Source: Gaiellaceae bacterium (GTDB taxonomy: Bacteria > Actinomycetota > Thermoleophilia > Gaiellales > Gaiellaceae). From it: a stretch of 25,115 nucleotides of DNA. The stretch is from NCBI GenBank assembly GCA_036523555.1, contig DATDDZ010000021.1, positions 1 through 25,115 on the forward strand, in the 5' to 3' direction. Position numbers and translations under genes: made by a program. Positions 23,978-25,115 of the stretch are shown one piece after another (the stretch's first letter is position 1; every line of letters begins with the position of its first letter). The notes beneath the pieces are model-generated. The model searched no databases and was not told the DNA's origin. It saw only the letters and a program-made list of their open reading frames with translations.

Positions 23978-24892
23978 GTGGCATTTCAACCCGTCAAGGG
24001 ACGACGAATTGCGGTCATCGGCGCAGCGCTCGACCTGGGCGCGGGCCGCCGCGGCGTCGACATGGGGCCCTCGGCGATCCGCTACGCCGGGCTCGACTCG
24101 CGGATCGCCGAGCTCGGGCTCGAGCTGGCCGACCTGGGCAACGTCGAGACGGCCGTGGCCGAGGCGTCGAGCGTCGGCGACGAGCACGCCCGCTTCCTCC
24201 CCCAGATCAAGGCCACCTGCCGGCGCATCGCCGAGCTCGTCTCGAGCGCGACGCGCGACGGGTCCGTGCCGGTCGTGCTGGGCGGCGACCATTCCGTCGC
24301 TCTCGGCACGCTCGCGGGCCTGCGCGAGGCGCACGGGCCCGGCGGGACGATCTGGATCGATGCTCACGGTGACCTGAACAGTCCGGAGACGAGCCCGAGC
24401 GGCAACGTCCACGGGATGGTGCTGGCGGCTGCTCTCGGGCTGGCCGGCCCTCGGTTCTCCGACGACGGCTGGGGACTGCCGGCGCTCGCGCCGGGCCGGG
24501 TGGCGCTCGTGGGAGTCCGGTCCCTGGACGAGGGTGAGCGAGCCCTGCTGCGCGACCTCGAGGCCATGGTCTTCACGATGAGTGACCTCGACCGGCTCGG
24601 AGTCGAGCACGCGGTCCGCGAGGCGCTGGAACATGTCGCCGGCCCCGGCTTCGTGCATGTCAGCCTGGACATGGACGCGCTCGATCCGGACGTCGCTCCC
24701 GGCGTCGGCACGCCGGTACGGGGCGGCCTCTCCTACCGGGAGGCGCACCTCGCGCTCGAGCTCGTCGCCGAGTCGGGGCTCGCATCCTCGCTCGACGTGG
24801 TCGAGGTGAATCCGATCCTCGACCGGGAGAACGAGACCGGGAAGCTCGCGGTCGAGCTCGTCGCCTCAGCCCTGGGCGCGCGCATTCTCTGA
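23978..24892 (+). CDS. rocF: Arginase
   Basis: GVDMGPSAIR, LGGDHS, WIDAHGDLNSPETSPSGNVHGM, SLDMDALDP, PGVGTPVRGG, VEVNP. Confidence 0.93.
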   Translation: MAFQPVKGRRIAVIGAALDLGAGRRGVDMGPSAIRYAGLDSRIAELGLELADLGNVETAVAEASSVGDEHARFLPQIKATCRRIAELVSSATRDGSVPVVLGGDHSVALGTLAGLREAHGPGGTIWIDAHGDLNSPETSPSGNVHGMVLAAALGLAGPRFSDDGWGLPALAPGRVALVGVRSLDEGERALLRDLEAMVFTMSDLDRLGVEHAVREALEHVAGPGFVHVSLDMDALDPDVAPGVGTPVRGGLSYREAHLALELVAESGLASSLDVVEVNPILDRENETGKLAVELVASALGARIL

Positions 24893-24946
24893 GGCGCCGC
24901 TTGGGGTGTCGTCTGAAACGACCGGTTCGGTGCGATCGGGCTCATC

Positions 24947-25115
24947 TCAAAACGCCTCCAGGAAGCGCCCAAGCGCGCGGACGGTCTCCTCGTACGCGTC
25001 CCAGTAGACGTAGTGCCCGCCGCCGACCTCGACGATCTCGATCTGGTCGCCGAGCACGGTCGCGTAGGCCTGAAGCTGCTCCTCCCGCACGAGCCCGAAC
25101 TCGCCCGCGTAAACG
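24947..25115 (-). CDS. C-terminal end of a probable alpha/beta hydrolase (enters from the right edge)
   Basis: Manual translation VYAGEFGLVREEQLQAYATVLGDQIEIVEVGGGHYVYWDAYEETVRALGRFLEAF*; GGGHYV resembles the catalytic-His end of the fold. Confidence 0.6.
   Translation of the reverse strand, partial: VYAGEFGLVREEQLQAYATVLGDQIEIVEVGGGHYVYWDAYEETVRALGRFLEAF

Noticed and set aside
24908-24922. GTCGTCTGAA resembling a Neisseriaceae DNA-uptake sequence
   Set aside because: Single occurrence in an unrelated lineage; better explained as a small GTCGT/ACGAC hairpin between convergent genes.

Overview
High-GC, gene-dense chromosomal window, most consistent with a deep-branching actinobacterium (Thermoleophilia/Gaiellales-like). 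This placement is inferred from the class E-type sortase, TreT, futalosine-pathway MqnP and widespread leaderless TANNNT promoters. Left to right: GT4 (partial) and GT2 glycosyltransferases; moeA; a sortase translationally coupled to a degenerate multi-TM M28-fold protein; OmpR RR-HK-HtrA; RsbW-like anti-sigma factor, TreT-like GT4 and OtsA-family GT20; moaC-mog-mqnP; a long ccmABCD-hemX-hemA-hemC-hemD-DUF62-methyltransferase run; a tandem-SPOR-like secreted protein; a secreted alpha/beta hydrolase; tRNA-Phe(GAA); a stand-alone receiver; arginase; and a partial hydrolase. No transposase, integrase or CRISPR array is present. Main leads: (1) the M28-fold protein has lost the catalytic EE and resembles eukaryotic GPI-transamidase subunit GPAA1/Gaa1 (compared from memory), and it is coupled to a sortase, suggesting a possible undescribed bacterial protein-anchoring module; (2) several small foldback inserts sit at gene junctions, one reading as a 63-codon ORF that keeps hemX-hemA coupling and one breaking tRNA-Phe exactly at U33 with a 55-bp duplication that leaves an intact copy; (3) compact bidirectional -10 promoters, a parS-like site and a probable CTG start.
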